Shown piece by piece: positions 1 to 14,051 of a DNA stretch of 56,700 nucleotides. The notes beneath the pieces were generated by a model that ran no database searches, was not told the DNA's origin, and worked only from the letters and a program-made list of their open reading frames with translations. Position numbers and translations under genes: made by a program. Source of the stretch: Paraspadella gotoi. Lineage: Eukaryota; Animalia; Chaetognatha. The DNA lies in the NCBI GenBank assembly GCA_051294375.1, contig CM119268.1, positions 12,500,237-12,556,936 on the forward strand, given 5' to 3'. Position 1 is the stretch's first letter. Every line of letters starts with the position of its first letter.

Positions 1-40
1 AAGCGAATTTCATAAAAAATTAACGGTTATCGGAACTCTA

Positions 41-1491
41 CAAACAAGGATATTTATATGAGAGATAATATGATTATCGAGTATAAAAAATATTTTGCTC
101 AGATTGTTTGGGAAATAGTATCATAAAATACAAAAATATTTAGAAACTCCATCAAACCCATCAAGTATTTAATGAAACTACGACCATATGCAAATGATAT
201 TGAGAAACAGAAAAATGACAGAATTGCGTAAATTGTCATGAGAATTATAATCTTTTTTGTCTACTTTCCTCGAAGTGCACCGACAGCACAACAACCGCCC
301 CTCCGAGACCGCCGGCCTCGCTGTCGAGGCAGCCTTACCCCCCCCCCAACTACCGTCTAATATCGAGACGATTGATATTTTTCTGGGGTCTCTTAGGAAT
401 GATCCTTGTTAAGAGGTAAGGAGAGGGTCGAAGGGTAAGGCAAAAGGTCGCGGGCGGAAATGAGAGGGAAAAAGGGGAGAGAGGGGGTAAGGTAAAGAAT
501 GACGGAAAGGTTGATCGGGTAAGGTCGATTTGTCATATCGCGTCAACTCTCTTAACCTTCGCCTCTTCCCTTCCTGCCTTCTTCCTCGATCTCATTTTTC
601 TCGTCTGATCCAAAAGATTTCCCGCGGGTAAATAAAAAACGAGGCAAAACGATGAATAATTAATGAATAATGAACTCCCATTCTGTTTAATCACAAGTAC
701 GAGTATTCTTTCACAATCTTTGCGGCCACCTCGTGTGGAGCCCACCTCAAAATCCTATTAGCTATATTTTGTTTTCTTATTAAATTCAAATTGTTCACCA
801 AGAGATGGCTCACTTATTTACATTTATTTTCTCATCGTTTTCTTTAACTGATTGTTTCGCTGATAAACTCAGACTGGTTTTTATCTCAAATGAATAAACT
901 TGCTCTTATTATTCGTTTTCATCTCAATTCTCACAATGTAAATAAATACATTATTACATTTATGGAGAGANNNNNNNNNNTGCGTACTTGCGGCGTCGGA
1001 ACGAAGTAATCTTCATCCTCGTCCTCGGAATCCAATTCCGACTCCTCCTCTTCCTCTTCCGCCGCCTCCTTCGCCCTGGAGCGAAGAAATAAAGAAACAA
1101 CAATGAAATACTTTCAATCACCGACTAGCGGATCACAAGCCAGGACCTTTTCTCACCCGATGGCGTCCATCTTGCCTTTGGCTCTCCGCAGGGCCGACGG
1201 GAGACGCAGCGTGACGCGGTGGTCCCGGCGTCGTCCGGCGTTGACGCGCGGGACCTGAACAAAAAGAGAGCGGCGACGTCATTGTAACATTGATTCGTGG
1301 AAAATCCAAAAAAAATTTTATTCAGTTTTCGTTTACTCATATTTTCCTCAATCGAGCTGATTTTCTGTTTCTGTAGAGAAAATTATTCTGAACCTCTGAA
1401 GTCTAAACGATGAGTCACCTTTCTAAGAATTGAATGACAGTTACAATAATTACTATAGTTACTAACAATAGAGGGGAGCTCTAAGGAACAT
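41..1491. repeat. Inverted duplicate of 5147-6593 (two blocks, order permuted, joined by a 10-N gap)
   Basis: 41-970 is the reverse complement of ~5147-6066 and 981-1491 is the reverse complement of ~6084-6593; the copies differ mostly by 1-nt indels. Confidence 0.9.
988..1254 (-). CDS. Two putative internal exons (1254-1157, 1075-988) of an unidentified acidic-tract protein; indel-bearing copy at ~6321-6586 (+)
   Basis: Pyrimidine-rich CAG acceptors, GTGAG and GTACG donors, 81-bp intron with matching phase 2; joined peptide VPRVNAGRRRDHRVTLRLPSALRRAKGKMDAIGAKEAAEEEEEESELDSEDEDEDYFVPTPQ. No family recognised. Confidence 0.4.
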
Positions 1492-1844
1492 TGATTCAAA
1501 TTGAAAGTTTTACTTTAAATTGTAATTGATTTTTGTTAAGCTTTGTTCTTTATTTAAGGGAACATAATGAGTGGGGTGGGTGTTTTTATGAAATCATAAC
1601 GTTGAAGCTTAGATTCTTATATCCATTTTCAAAAGCTAACTATTTTTTTTTTAAAAGCCAATGAGAAATCACGAAAAATTCATATTGTTGATTCCATGCA
1701 AAAGAATTAATTTTTATATCATAAGAACAAAAAAGTAGATCAATGAATACGATGATGATAAACAGATTTTTATACAAGAAATTGAGATTTTTAAATTAGA
1801 TTAAAGAAGAAAGCTTCATGTAAGAGGTGTTTACTTCGAAAACC

Positions 1845-2545
1845 GAGAAAATAAAGGCGACGACACAAACAACGACGGACGAAAACGACACTAAACGAGA
1901 AACAAAGGACGACAAACACGACAAAAAACGATGACGAAAATTGAGAACAAAGACGACGACGACAACAAAAACGTACCGAATACGACAACGAAAATGAGAA
2001 AAAGACGACGACGATGACAACAACGACGACGAAAATAAGAAACAAAGACTGATGACAACAACACAACGACGGAAAACGATGACGAAAATGAGAAAGACGA
2101 CGACGACAACAACGATTCGGACGAAAATGAGAAAAAACGGAGAACCAAAGTTGACAACGACAACGATTGAAAACGCAACAAAAACATGAAACCAATACGA
2201 CGACAACAACAACGAAATAACGGATGACGAAAACGAGACAAAGACGACGATGACAACAACGACGAAAACGACGACTAAAAAGGAGACAAAGATGGACGAT
2301 AACAACAACGACTGAAACGACGACTAAAACCGACAACAAATACGACGACGACAACAACAACGAAAATGATGACGAAAATGAGAACAAAGACGACACAACG
2401 AAATATGACGAAAATAGACAAAGACGACAACAGACGACGACAACAACGAAAATGATGACGAAAATGAGAACAAAAGACAACGACGACGACAACAACGAAA
2501 ATGATGACGGAAATGAGAACAAAGACGACAACGACGACGACAACA
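1845..2545. repeat. GAC/AAC-rich low-complexity repeat (GACGACGACAACAACGAAAATGA-type units)
   Basis: Directly visible degenerate trinucleotide-based units; explains several spurious S/V/R-rich ORFs. Confidence 0.9.
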
Positions 2546-3634
2546 ATGCGATTGATAGTCAATTCATTGATGCGATGATAGTCATTCATTGACTCAATGA
2601 AATCATTTATCTTAATAAAACAAAACAAATGCGTGATTGAGTGAAGAGAGAGAGAAAGAGAGAGAAGAGAAAGAAAGGGAAGAAATCCACGAAAATCTTC
2701 GGATGTAAATATCTGATTTTGTAATTGAAAAAAAAGTGGCGGAATAAATGGCAATAATACAAGTTTTTTAGAATAAAAAGAATAAGAGATCGCTACAGAA
2801 AAAGACAGGACCACAGAAGAGAAAAGACAGAAGAGAGAAGAGAGGACGACAGAGAAGAGAGAGACAACAGAGAGAGACAGAGAAGAGAGAGACCAGAGAG
2901 AAGACAGAGAGAGAAGTTTGGACAGCCGCCTGGACAGCCGCTTCAGAGCTGAATTCGTTTTTAGACGGCCCGTTCCAATAAATAAAACCTTTTAAAAGAC
3001 CGATAGCTACTTTAGTATGTAAACGCATAAATAAGTTAATTTATTGTTACAAATTACAAACATATAATAATTATCCCTCATAAGCTAACGAATTTATTTA
3101 AAGCTTTAATGTAAATATCAAATCAGAATGTGTAATTTTATTCTTTCTCTGAGGAACATTACTGCCGTATGAGTTATTCTTCACTTTTCTAAAATAATAT
3201 CCAAGAAAACTCGGATGTAAATTTTGATTTGTATTGAAAAAAGCGCGAAAAATGCGCGATAATAGAAGTTTTTAGAATAATCAGAAATTAAAAAAAAAAC
3301 GAACGATCACACAAGAGATCGTACAGAGCAAGAGAGAGAGAGAGAGAAGCTGGACAGCAACCATTTTCGTCGCCTTCTTTGTCGTCTTCTTCGTCGTCCT
3401 CTTCGTCTTCTTCATCGTCATTTCATCTTCGTCGTCATTTTGAGAGAGAGAGAGACAGAAAGAGAAGAAAGAGAGAGAGAGAAGAGAAGAGAGAGCCTGA
3501 ACTCGTTTTTAAACGATTTCAGAAAAGGCAGAAAAAAAAAAAGAAAAAAACGATCACGCAAGAGTAAGGGGTGAACTTAGGTAATATTTTGCCTGATTAA
3601 AAAAGATTAAAGAAGATTAATTCATTGACGAAAC

Positions 3635-4015
3635 AATGACGAAAAATGCGAATAAAGACGACGACGACAACAACGACGACGAAAAATGAGAAAAACGACG
3701 ACGACAACAACGACGACGAAAATGAGAACAAAGACACGAAGACCACGACGAAAATGAGAACGACGACGACAAAACAACGACGAAAACGATAACGAAAATG
3801 AGAACAAAGACGACGACGACAACAACGATGACGAAAATGAGAAAAAAGACGACGACGACAACAACGATGATGAAGATGACGAAAACGAGAAACAAATGAC
3901 AAGGACGACGAAAACTACGACAACGAGAACAAAATATGACGACAACAACAACGAAAACGACGAAACGAGAAACAAGACGACGACGACAACAACAACAACA
4001 ACGATGAAAACGACG
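3635..4015. repeat. Second GAC/AAC-rich low-complexity repeat, same family as 1845-2545
   Basis: Same units; both tracts are preceded by GATTAAAGAAGA. Confidence 0.9.
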
Positions 4016-5146
4016 TTGAGCGTAGAAATGACCATTTTCAACCCTTAGATCGATTGATTTGAATTGTACCAACAATATTGACATCGGTTCCTATCAGTAA
4101 ACGTAATATCAAATCAGAATGTATTATTTTGTTGTCTTCTCTGAGTAACCTGCGTTCTCCTTTTGAGAGAAAAAGAAAAAAGAAAATTACAATAGAATCA
4201 ACATGCAATTTCAATTTTTACTATATTTCAATTTTGAAATCCATTAGTCTTGCCGACGTATTTTGCTGGTTGACTTCTATTTTTCTGTTTGAAAAAATTG
4301 GTCAAGAATTAAATGTTATTCATTCACTGTTTACTAACTTTAAAATAAGATTTTGTTATCAAAATCGCCATATTATTGTTGAAATTTGTCCAGTGTCCAC
4401 TCTTCTCTGTTGAGTTGAGTTGATGTTGAGTTCATCACTTTCTGTCAGGGCAGCTAATACGCTTGATTTGTTTTCCCTCAAAAAATAAAAAAGGAAAAAA
4501 AATCGCGGAATGGTTTAAAAAGTTATGGTATGGGAAAATTTTAATTCAAGTTTCTTTTAGAGTCAAATCATTAATTGCACTAAAAAATATAACTCCCAAC
4601 ATTAATACAAGTATGAGAAGAAGGGAAGTGCTTCTTTATCTCTCCTGAAATTAAATCCGTTTGCGAACAAGAGTCAACGGGAACCGGAAAGATATCACAA
4701 GGGTGATTGAGAAATATTTTACTAAATGAAATGATATCCTTGTTTGCATTTTAAGAGGGATTTGACCTTTTTTCTGTCCTTTCCTGTTGCGTATATGAAG
4801 GAGATCATACCACTGTTAAAAATTCCTTTATTATAAAGGAGGCCCAGACGCAAGTTTCAGCTTGTCTCAATTAAAAAATAAAAATTCGAAATTTATGGAA
4901 AAATTACTTCCAATGTAAAGTAAGACAATGAAGGGTATCAGTATTTAGGGGAGATCAATGAAAAATTTCCCAATAATTATCTCGTCCTTGTTCGCATTGC
5001 AACAAGAAGATGGAATTTTTTTTTCTGATTTCAAAAGCGAACTCGGAAAGAATGACCCTAACTTTCGACCATATCACGTCCAAGAGAGGCCCAAACTTTA
5101 TGTTTTTCATTTTGGTCATTATGTTCCCTTAAGGTAAAAGTTTTTT

Positions 5147-6593
5147 TTCTCTCATAAATGTAATAATGTATTTATTTACATTGTGAGAATTGAGATGAAA
5201 ACGAATAATAAGAGCAAGTTTATTTCATTGAGATAAAAACCAGTCTGAGTTTATCAGCGAAACATCAGTTAAAGAAACGATGAGAAAATAAATGTAAATA
5301 TAAGTGAGCCATCTCTTGGTGAAACAATTTGAATTTAATAAGAAAACAAAAATATAGCTAATAGGATTTTGAGGTGGGCTCCACACGAGTGCCGCACAAG
5401 ATTGTGAAAGAATATCGTACTTTGATTAAACAGAATGGGAGTTTCATTATTCATTAATTATTCATCGTTTTGCCTCGTTTTTTATTTACCCGCGGAATCT
5501 TTTGGATCAGACGAGAAAAATGAGATCGAGGAAGAAGGCAGGAAGGAAGACGAAGGTTAAGAGAGTTGACGCGATATGAACAAATCGACCTTACCGATCA
5601 ACCTTTCCGTCATTCTTACCTACTCCCCTCCTTCCCCTTTTTCCCTCTCAATTTCCGCCGCGACCTTTCCTTACCTTCGACCCTCTCCTTACCTCTTAAC
5701 AAGGATCATTCCTAGAGACCCCAGAAAAATATCAATCGTCTCGATATTAGACGGTAGTTGGGGGGGGGGTAAGGCTGCCTCGACAGCGAGGCCGGCGGTC
5801 TCGTGAGGGCGGTTGTTGTGCTGTCGGTGCACTTCGGGAAAAGTAGACAAAAAAGATTATAATTCTCTATGACAATTTACGCAATTCTGTTCATTTTTCT
5901 GTTTCTCAATATCATTGCATATGGTCGTAGTTTCATTAATACTTGATGGGTTTGATGGAGTTTCTAAATATTTTTGTATTTATGATACTATTTCCCAAAC
6001 AATCTGAGCAAAATATTTTTTATACTCGATAATCATATTATCTCTCACATAAATATCCTTGTTTGTTCACTTAAATAATTTTTATGTTCCTTAGAGCTCC
6101 CCTCTATTGTTAGTAACTATAAGTAATTATTGTAACTGTCATTCAATTCTTAGAAAGGTGACTCATCGTTTAGACTTCAGAGGTTCAGAATAATTTTCTC
6201 TACAGAAACAGAAAATCAGCTCGATTGAGGAAAATATGAGTATCGAAAACTGAATAAAAATTTTTTTTTGGATTTTGCACGAATCAATGTTACAATGACG
6301 TCGCGCCTCTTTTTGTTCAGGTCCCGCGCGTCAAACGCCGGACGACGCCGGGACCACCGCGTCACGCTGCGTCTGCCGTCGGCCCTGCGGGAGAGCCAAA
6401 GGCAGATGGACGCCATCGGGTGAAGAAAAGGTCCTGGCTTGTGATCCGCTAGTCGGGTGATGAAGTATTCATTGTTGTTTCTTTATTTCTTCGCTCCAGG
6501 GCGAAGGAGGCGGCGGAAGAGGAGAGGAGAGTCGGAATTGGATTCGACCGACGAGGATGAAGATTACTTCGTTCCGAACGCCGCAAGTACGCA
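5147..6593. repeat. Inverted duplicate of 41-1491
   Basis: Reverse-complement match read directly at both ends of both blocks. Confidence 0.9.
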
Positions 6594-8104
6594 CTCGATT
6601 GATTGATCGATTTGAGCGAAGGATTGTTGGTTGGTTATTGCTCACTTGATCTGATTGACGGAATGATGCTTAAAAGTCCAACCGTAAACCGAAGGTTTAT
6701 CCGAAAAACGCATCAATGAATTCGCGTTCGTTTGTTGCAATCGACCAATTCGAATCAATGACAAATTTAATAATCCAATCATTAGTCAATCAATCAATCA
6801 CTCATTCAATCGATGAAAGGGCACGCGCGAGATGACGATCAAGTCGACGACTCCCGTCATGGCCGTCGGACTCTCCCGAAGTCGCTACGACAAATTCGCC
6901 GGAATCTGTCGGCGCCGACGATTCACCTTCCGCCCATCGACGTGGTGGGGATGAGGATCGGGGAAGGGTGAGGAGGTGAGGTGAGGTGGAAATGGGGGGT
7001 TGGGTGGCAGGTAGAGTGCGGAGGAAATGCGGGAGGGTAAGTAACAAAAGGCTAAGTAGCGACCAGCGGTTTTTCAATTGTATTGTTTACAAAGTGCTTT
7101 TTTGCCTCTATCTTTTTTCATTGCGATTAACAGATAGCAGAAGACAAGTACATTCCAATTACTGTATTTTACAACGAAAATGGTGTGCTCACTTTCGTAG
7201 AAGAGAATGTTTAGATGTAGCCACCGTCTACTGTGTAGGCCGCGACTCTGAATGTTAGCAGTTTCCCCTTTATCGTTCGCTCCTCTCACCCGTCCTAAAC
7301 CCAATTTCGCTCAGCAGGTCCACCGGCGCCTATCGCCGCCCTGGCGTTCACCAAGCCGCCAACACGCCCTCTCAGCTCGTCTCGCGTACAGCGATTCCGA
7401 CGCCGGAGTCAAAAAGACGCCGCGCGACACGCTTTCCGCGGGTGACGACGGCGGCCGGCTCACAGGGGCGACGGCCCAAACGGGGTCCGGTCTTTGTTCA
7501 AGTGACGAATTGCAAGAGAAAGACTTTTTCGGGACTTAACACTTCCGCGGAATTCTTGGAGGAAGATAATCAGGATTGATCAACAGGTTGAAGACAAAGT
7601 GTTTCATATACAGGTTTAATATATATATTATTCAGATTTTTAATTATTATACACTTCTATTTCTATTACTCATTCTATCTTATCTTTCTATTCATTCTAA
7701 TTCTATCATTCCTATTCTAATTCTATTCATTCATGCTAATCTCTTGCCATCTTTTCCTTCCTGTCTTCTATCTTTCTTTTCTCTTCTTCTCTTCTCTCTC
7801 TTTCTTCCTCTTCGTTCTCTCTCTCTCTTATGGCTTCTCATTCTCCTTCTCTTCTCCCTTCTATTCTCTTTCTATTCTTTCCTATTTGAACGTTCGTCTA
7901 CTTCTCGCGCTAAAAAAAAATTTCTTTTAATCTTGGACGAGTCATCGGATCTCAGAGATTTTTCGTTCTTTACAGATTCCCTCGAGGTCGTCTCCTGCTC
8001 CGTTCTGCGCGCGGACGCCGATGTATTGCTTTTTCGCAAGCAGGTTCATCGTTTAGAACAATTGCTCCCGCACAAGGCAATGCACTCAGATGAGGGCAGC
8101 ACGT

Positions 8105-8123
8105 GAGAGAGAGAGAGAGAGAG

Positions 8124-8174
<51 letters not shown>

Positions 8175-8225
8175 AGAGGAAGGAGAAGAGGAGAGAGATA
8201 GAGAGAGATAAGAGAGAGAGAGAGC
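8105..8225. repeat. (GA)n microsatellite (other examples: 11060-11185, 43420-43515, 47815-47857, 54926-54965)
   Basis: Directly visible dinucleotide runs. Confidence 0.95.
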
Positions 8226-9549
8226 AACAGAGAAACGCAGAAACAAGAGATAAAGAGCTAGAAAGAGGAGAGGTTTTATTGTTTTAGCGATGGCATAAAC
8301 TTTCCCTTTTCCAGTGGCAACCTTACCCCGGCGGAAGAAACGCTTCAAGCGAAACGCTTAACGACAGGTGCGACTCTGGAATCTCTACAAGAAGCAACTC
8401 ATCCAAAAGGGGATGGTTGAAAGGACCGGGCGGGCTGGTGAAAGGGGTTGGGGTCTAAGGAATTTTTGATTGGCGGTTGAACTTTTACTCGATGTCGTCG
8501 CGTATTTTCATGACGTTTTCGGAATTACAAATATAAAAAGGAACTATTTGCTCGCAATCTTATTCATTCTCCTGTGATAAGAGAGAGATGGTGTTAGATA
8601 GAACACGTGAATATAGTATATACATAGCTACATATATTATATCTAACATATTTATCAAAATAATGACAACGCGTTCGAGAAGAGCTCGGCGTAGAGTTGA
8701 TAGACTTGACATCTAAGCATCGTCACCGTCTCATCCGACAATGCGGGCCATCCTCTCTTTCTCTTCTCTCCGAGCCCCTGCACCCATGTCGTCGTGCTTC
8801 GTTCCCCCTCGTCACAACTTACCCGCGCATCTAAAGCGGGGCGCCAAGATTCGATCGATGCGAGAGCTTGCAACGACCGGTTCCGCCGGCGCTGCAGGTC
8901 CGGACGCCCGCCAGCTGCCGGAGTCGTGTGCGCGTTGCCTGCGCGCGGGTTGGCCCGCGGATTCTCTCCCGCGAGGTTCGTGTCAGTTGGCATTAACCCG
9001 AGAAAAGCGGAGAGAGAAACAGAACGCCGCGCCGACGCCGCCGCGGTAGACGCCGGCAGCGCAGGCGGGCCGGCAGCCGCCGCGACGGCCGCAGCGGCGG
9101 CGGAGCGGCGACATAAGAGGTAACATGGAGGGGGCACGGGATACAATGCTAGCAGGAAAAAATAAAAAATTTCAGAAAGGAGCGAAAAAGGTTCATGCTC
9201 ACCGATTGATTTCAATAGTTTTAATGACAAGTTGAATGGTCTTGCGGGATTTTGACCAAAAAAGATTCCGAAAAAATTCGTAACTTTTCTTTTTCTTATC
9301 TTTCGACCTCTCTTTTTACTCTCTAAATTAAAAAACCTTGTTTTTCTTTATTCTACTGTCATTTTCTAATTATCATTGTCCAATTGTATAAATGATACGG
9401 CGTTAGAAAGCTAGACGTCTCACCGTATTATCATATCAAAATGCCAAATGCGTTATCTTTTTTTCTACATTAGTAATATATTTTTATTACTTATATTAGT
9501 CCACATATTTTTCCTTAAAAAAATTACAAAAACAATTTTTTTACTATAG

Positions 9550-10260
9550 TGGTCACTCGTTTACCCAGGTTTATCACATCTGCAATATCTATGGTTTTCA
9601 TCTAGGTCAAGAAAGGTTTCCTTGATCCTCAAGTTATGCGATTTAATAGCGATTCATAAAATTAAGAGGAATTGATTTTGCCAATGAGGGTAACTAAATT
9701 ATGATAATGGATTCAAAATATATTAGAAATTAACTACGTTTTCCTTTGAAATTGAATTTTTTCTTTAGTTACTCGTTTACTCAGGTTTTTGATCATATTT
9801 AAAAATTGACAATAGTTTTATTAGTTAGTAAAATAGGTTTTGGCTATTACGGTCTGTAGCGGATTTTAGCGGGTTTTTGTGGTTTTAAGAAAGAAACGAT
9901 ACCCACCAGTTGATAAGTCAATTCATCGAAAATAACAAAGAAAGAACTAGGGTTTTCATATTTTTCTTTTGACGACTTTCTGTATATCTCGTTTACCCAG
10001 GTTTGATCCTAAGCCTTAGTATCATGTTGTCAGTTTTTACAGGTCACATCAGGTTCCGAGCAATTCGCAGGTTAATGCGGATTTTATGCGATTTGAGTTT
10101 TTAAGGAGAAACAAGCTTGTCTCTGCCAATCGAAACTGACTCCAACCTCGAAAATAACAAAGAAGTAAAGAACGAGGGTTTTCAATTTTCCAACTATTTA
10201 CTTTTTGATGAGTTTGTTTATGCAGTTTTCTTATAAAAGGAAAGAAATTTAGGTTTAACA
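9550..10260. repeat. Diverged tandem array, period ~215 bp, 3-4 units
   Basis: CTCGTTTAC(C/T)CAGGTTT recurs at ~9556, ~9772 and ~9988; CGAAAATAACAAAGAA..AGGGTTTTCA recurs at ~9928 and ~10149. Confidence 0.7.
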
Positions 10261-11145
10261 GCTGCGCGCAGATTACATTGATGTAGGGTTTTGGAAGCGA
10301 ATTTTTGCGTTTTACTTTTTAATTGGATAACCAAGCTCAACCAGTAAACCCATCAGATATCCGAAATTAAAAAATATGTAACAGGCGGAATCTATGCCTG
10401 CCTGCACCGACTCAGTGTATGTCATGTCACGTAAAGGTCATGTCACGTCATGTCATGTCACGAGAATACACGCGATAGGTAGTTCACTGCGGCGCAACAC
10501 ATTTGAATTACAGTTCTTGTTTATATAAGTTTGCGATATTGTCGTCTTAAAGTCGCTCGTTTCGTCATTCGTCCTTTTCTTTTTCCTTCTTTTCTCATCT
10601 TCTCTTCAATTCTTCGCTTTGTTAATCTCTCCTNNNNNNNNNNNNNNNNNNNNNNNNNAACGTCATGCCTTCCCTGCAACGATATCATCTCAAGTAATTA
10701 ATGAATCGTCTTTGAACCTCGACGTTGCAAGTTGTCACGAATCTCTGTCACGTTGTGTCACGCATTTCATAATCATCCATAACGATTTATTAATTTATTA
10801 ATTTATTAATCGCCACTGGCAAATTGGTCGTCTGCCACTTCGCCGCATCGCCTGGTTCGCCACCGCCGCTCGGTACCATCATCGGCGGCGTGGGCGCCTC
10901 GTTTCCAGTCGCTGTTGCCAAGCGACCAATAACGAGGAAAAGATGATGGATGGTGACGTAAGCTGCGCCTCAAAAACGTCACTAAATTGAATTCCTTTAC
11001 GCAAAAGAATGACGAGGGAAAAAATGACGAACATACAAAAAAAAATCCTTTGAAATTCTCACTCTCTTCTTCTCTCTCTCTCCTCTCTTTTTTTTCCTCT
11101 CTCTCATCTCTCTCTCTCTCTCTCTCTCTTCGTCTCTTCTCCTCT

Positions 11146-11178
<33 letters not shown>

Positions 11179-11862
11179 CTCTCTCGCCCTCTGTCAAAAA
11201 CCGACGCTGGGATTAACGAGATTTCCCGATAAAACAACAGGGAAACAAAAAAAATATAAATTAGATTTAACAGACGATCAATTTTATTCACGCGCGAGAG
11301 AGAGATCGGGAAAAAAAAATACCGGCACGAAAATGATTGCCCTTAATTGGAATCCCTCACCCTCAACCCTCACCATGGCCTCACCTGCACCGAAGTTCCT
11401 CGGTGAGGAAAGATGCCGCCACCTAGCGCCGCGAAATTATTCTCTACCGGCGCCGAGTTTTTGGCGGCGCGAGATTTAATCGAGGGCGTCACCGCCTGAA
11501 GCTGTTTCACCGCCTGGCGAGATGCGAAAACGAGTTTCGAATGACACAGACTTTGCGAGGGAAATGGTCTTTTTTTTTAGGAATCGAGAAATTTTGAGAA
11601 AAAACTCTTTTCTTTAAAATTGATTTCTGGTAGGATAAAATAAGTTACGTTGAATATATAGAGTTTCTTTTAGAAGGTACGTATAAAAAATGAGATGTTT
11701 TTTAAAAAAATTTACAATTTTTAAATGAGAATTAGTTTCCTGGAATGATACAAATTTCGTAGGTATTTCAGTTTTCAAGCGTCCTCCTAAGCCAAACAAA
11801 TCGTCTTTTAAGAATTCTAACTTATAAACAACTACGACCAAAACAACAACGGCGTCCCTTGG

Positions 11863-11913
11863 GCGCATGCGCAACAACTGCCTCCTTTCCCTTGACCCCT
11901 TTTCAACTTCCGG
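11863..11913. promoter_or_regulatory. Possible housekeeping-type promoter: NRF1-like and ETS-like motifs
   Basis: GCGCATGCGC at 11863-11872 and ACTTCCGG at 11906-11913, at the edge of a GC-rich patch that ends in an N gap. Confidence 0.35.
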
Positions 11914-12629
11914 TTCTGCCTCAACGAGACGAGCGTCTCTCATCCTCACTTTTCGTCTCTTTGAGGTGTCAAAGGCCGCGGCGGCCCCGCCCACCTCTTC
12001 TACTTCTTTCCTCACCCGATCCTACTTTTTGTTTCGCNNNNNNNNNNNNNNNNNNNNNNNNNNNNNNNNNNNNNNNNNNNNNNNNNNNNNNNNNNNNNNN
12101 NNNNNNNNNNNNNNNNNNNNNNNNNNNNNNNNNNNNNNNNNNNNNNNNNNNNNNNNNNNNNNNNNNNNNNNNNNNNNNNNNNNNNNNNNNNNNNNNNCTC
12201 GAATTTTGTTTCCTTTTTATTTTTCTTCCGGTTTTGACGTCTTATAACGTTTCACGAGAAATTCGCTTTCTTCTTATTTTTCTTTTTTTTCTTTCTTTGC
12301 TAATAATATTCTCTTCCTCATTACTTTTTATTTTGATTTATCGTAAAAATCTTAATTTTAAGGCACTGGCGTAGGGGGCTGGAGCCCTCTGCGACCGCCT
12401 CCTTTCACTGCTTAAAACCTATCCCGTTCAATATAACCCAGAACCGAAATACCTAGAGACGGACAGTCTAGGCGATTTGAGTCGTACCGCCAATAATCTC
12501 GTAACATCAATTTTCCTCACCAGTTGCCAATATCCGTTATCAATTTCCCCCCTTCAACCTTGGTTGAAGTACCCCCGAAATTAAGAGGCCCCCCTTCTTT
12601 CATTTCTTCCTGTTTTTCTTCCAATTTTT

Positions 12630-12880
12630 CTCCTTATACCCTGGGTTTTTCTTTCCATTTTCTCTATCCCCTGTTTTTTCCTTTCCATTATTCTTTCTCC
12701 ATCCACTGTTTTTCTTTCCACTTTCTCTATTACCTGTTTTTTTCTTCTTATCCGTTTTTCCATTTTTTCTCTATCCCTGTTTTTCTTATGCCATTTCTCT
12801 ATCCCTGTTTTTCTTTCCATTTTCCTCCTAGATCCCTGTTTTTCTTTCCATTTTCTTCTAGATCGCCTGTTTTTTCTTTT
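12630..12880. repeat. Pyrimidine-rich minisatellite, ~27-bp unit (ATCCCTGTTTTTCTTTCCATTTTCTCT), ~9 copies
   Basis: Directly visible tandem units. Confidence 0.85.
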
Positions 12881-13310
12881 CACCCCACTTTTCGTCTAGT
12901 CCGCTAGTTTTTTCGATTCTTTTGCATAAATTATCATAATTTGATGATCTAGCGACATACCGACCGATAAAGTGGATTATAATAATTATCGCAATGATTT
13001 CTCACGCCCCCCCCCAGTACCTGCTTCAAAAACTGGATGTGTTCNNNNNNNNNNNNNNNNNNNNNNNNNNNNNNNNNNNNNNNNNNNNNNNNNNNNNNNN
13101 NNNNNNNNNNNNNNNNNNNNNNNNNNNNNNNNNNNNNNNNNNNNNNNNNNNNNNNNNNNNNNNNNNNNNNNNNNNNNNNNNNNNNNNNNNNNNNNNNNNN
13201 NNNNNNNNNNNNNNNNNNNNNNNNNNNNNNNNNNNNNNNNNNNNNNNNNNNNNNNNNNNNNNNNNNNNNNNNNNNNNNNNNNNNNNNNNNNNNNNNNNNN
13301 NNNNNNNNNN

Positions 13311-13456
13311 TCCCCTCTCTCCCTCTTTTCCTCCCCTCCTCCTCGCGCCGCTCCTTTGTCCGGCTTCAACAGCGACCTCATCAGACTCAATCGGTCCACC
13401 GACAAAAATTGCATCCAATTTAAGGATTCCGCTTCGTCCTCCAGAAATCCCACCAA
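13311..13456 (-). CDS. Putative internal exon of an unidentified gene, truncated by an N gap
   Basis: GACAG acceptor then an open GC-rich frame, LVGFLEDEAESLNWMQFLSVDRLSLMRSLLKPDKG; no family recognised. Confidence 0.3.
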
Positions 13457-14051
13457 CTGTCGAGACGCGGTGGGGGGGGGCCAAGAATTAATTTGTAATT
13501 CTCGAAAATAAAGGTACTGCCTCCGTTTGATTTGTTTTTTTTTTTTACTACATTAAATTCCAAAATACTGAGTTAATAAAATCAGGTAAAAATTAATTTG
13601 TTCAAAAAAAAAAACCCAACATGGAAACATACCACGAAAATAACTTTACCTATGTGCTAACAAACCTTTTTGTTTTCTCTACCCCCCACTCCTAAATTTA
13701 CCCCCCCCCCAGTGTAATATCTCCCCTGTCCTCTGGTTGATTTCGAATACGACTACCTTGAACCCGAAAAGGGTGGATTTCTGTATTTGAACCAATGAGG
13801 ACGAAAGTACGAGCTTACTCTCCAATTCTGACTCTCTCTNNNNNNNNNNNNNNNNNNNNNNNNNCGATCTTTGTCATTTACTCAAAAGCCGAAATTAACG
13901 ATCTCAAAATCTGTGTGCAAGATTGATCCTTTGTTTGTCTGTCTGCCTTTCNNNNNNNNNNNNNNNNNNNNNNNNNNNNNNNNNNNNNNNNNNNNNNNNN
14001 NNNNNNNNNNNNNNNNNNNNNNNNNNNNNNNNNNNNNNNNNNNNNNNNNNN

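Noticed and set aside
1791-4084. Multiple long S/V/R/F-rich ORFs on the minus strand
   Set aside because: All three frames are open only because the GAC/AAC repeat lacks stops; no coding signal.
8655-9230. GC-rich 191-aa ORF and overlapping ORFs
   Set aside because: May be a first exon (GTAAGT donor at ~8822 minus), but no consistent frame or family could be supported.
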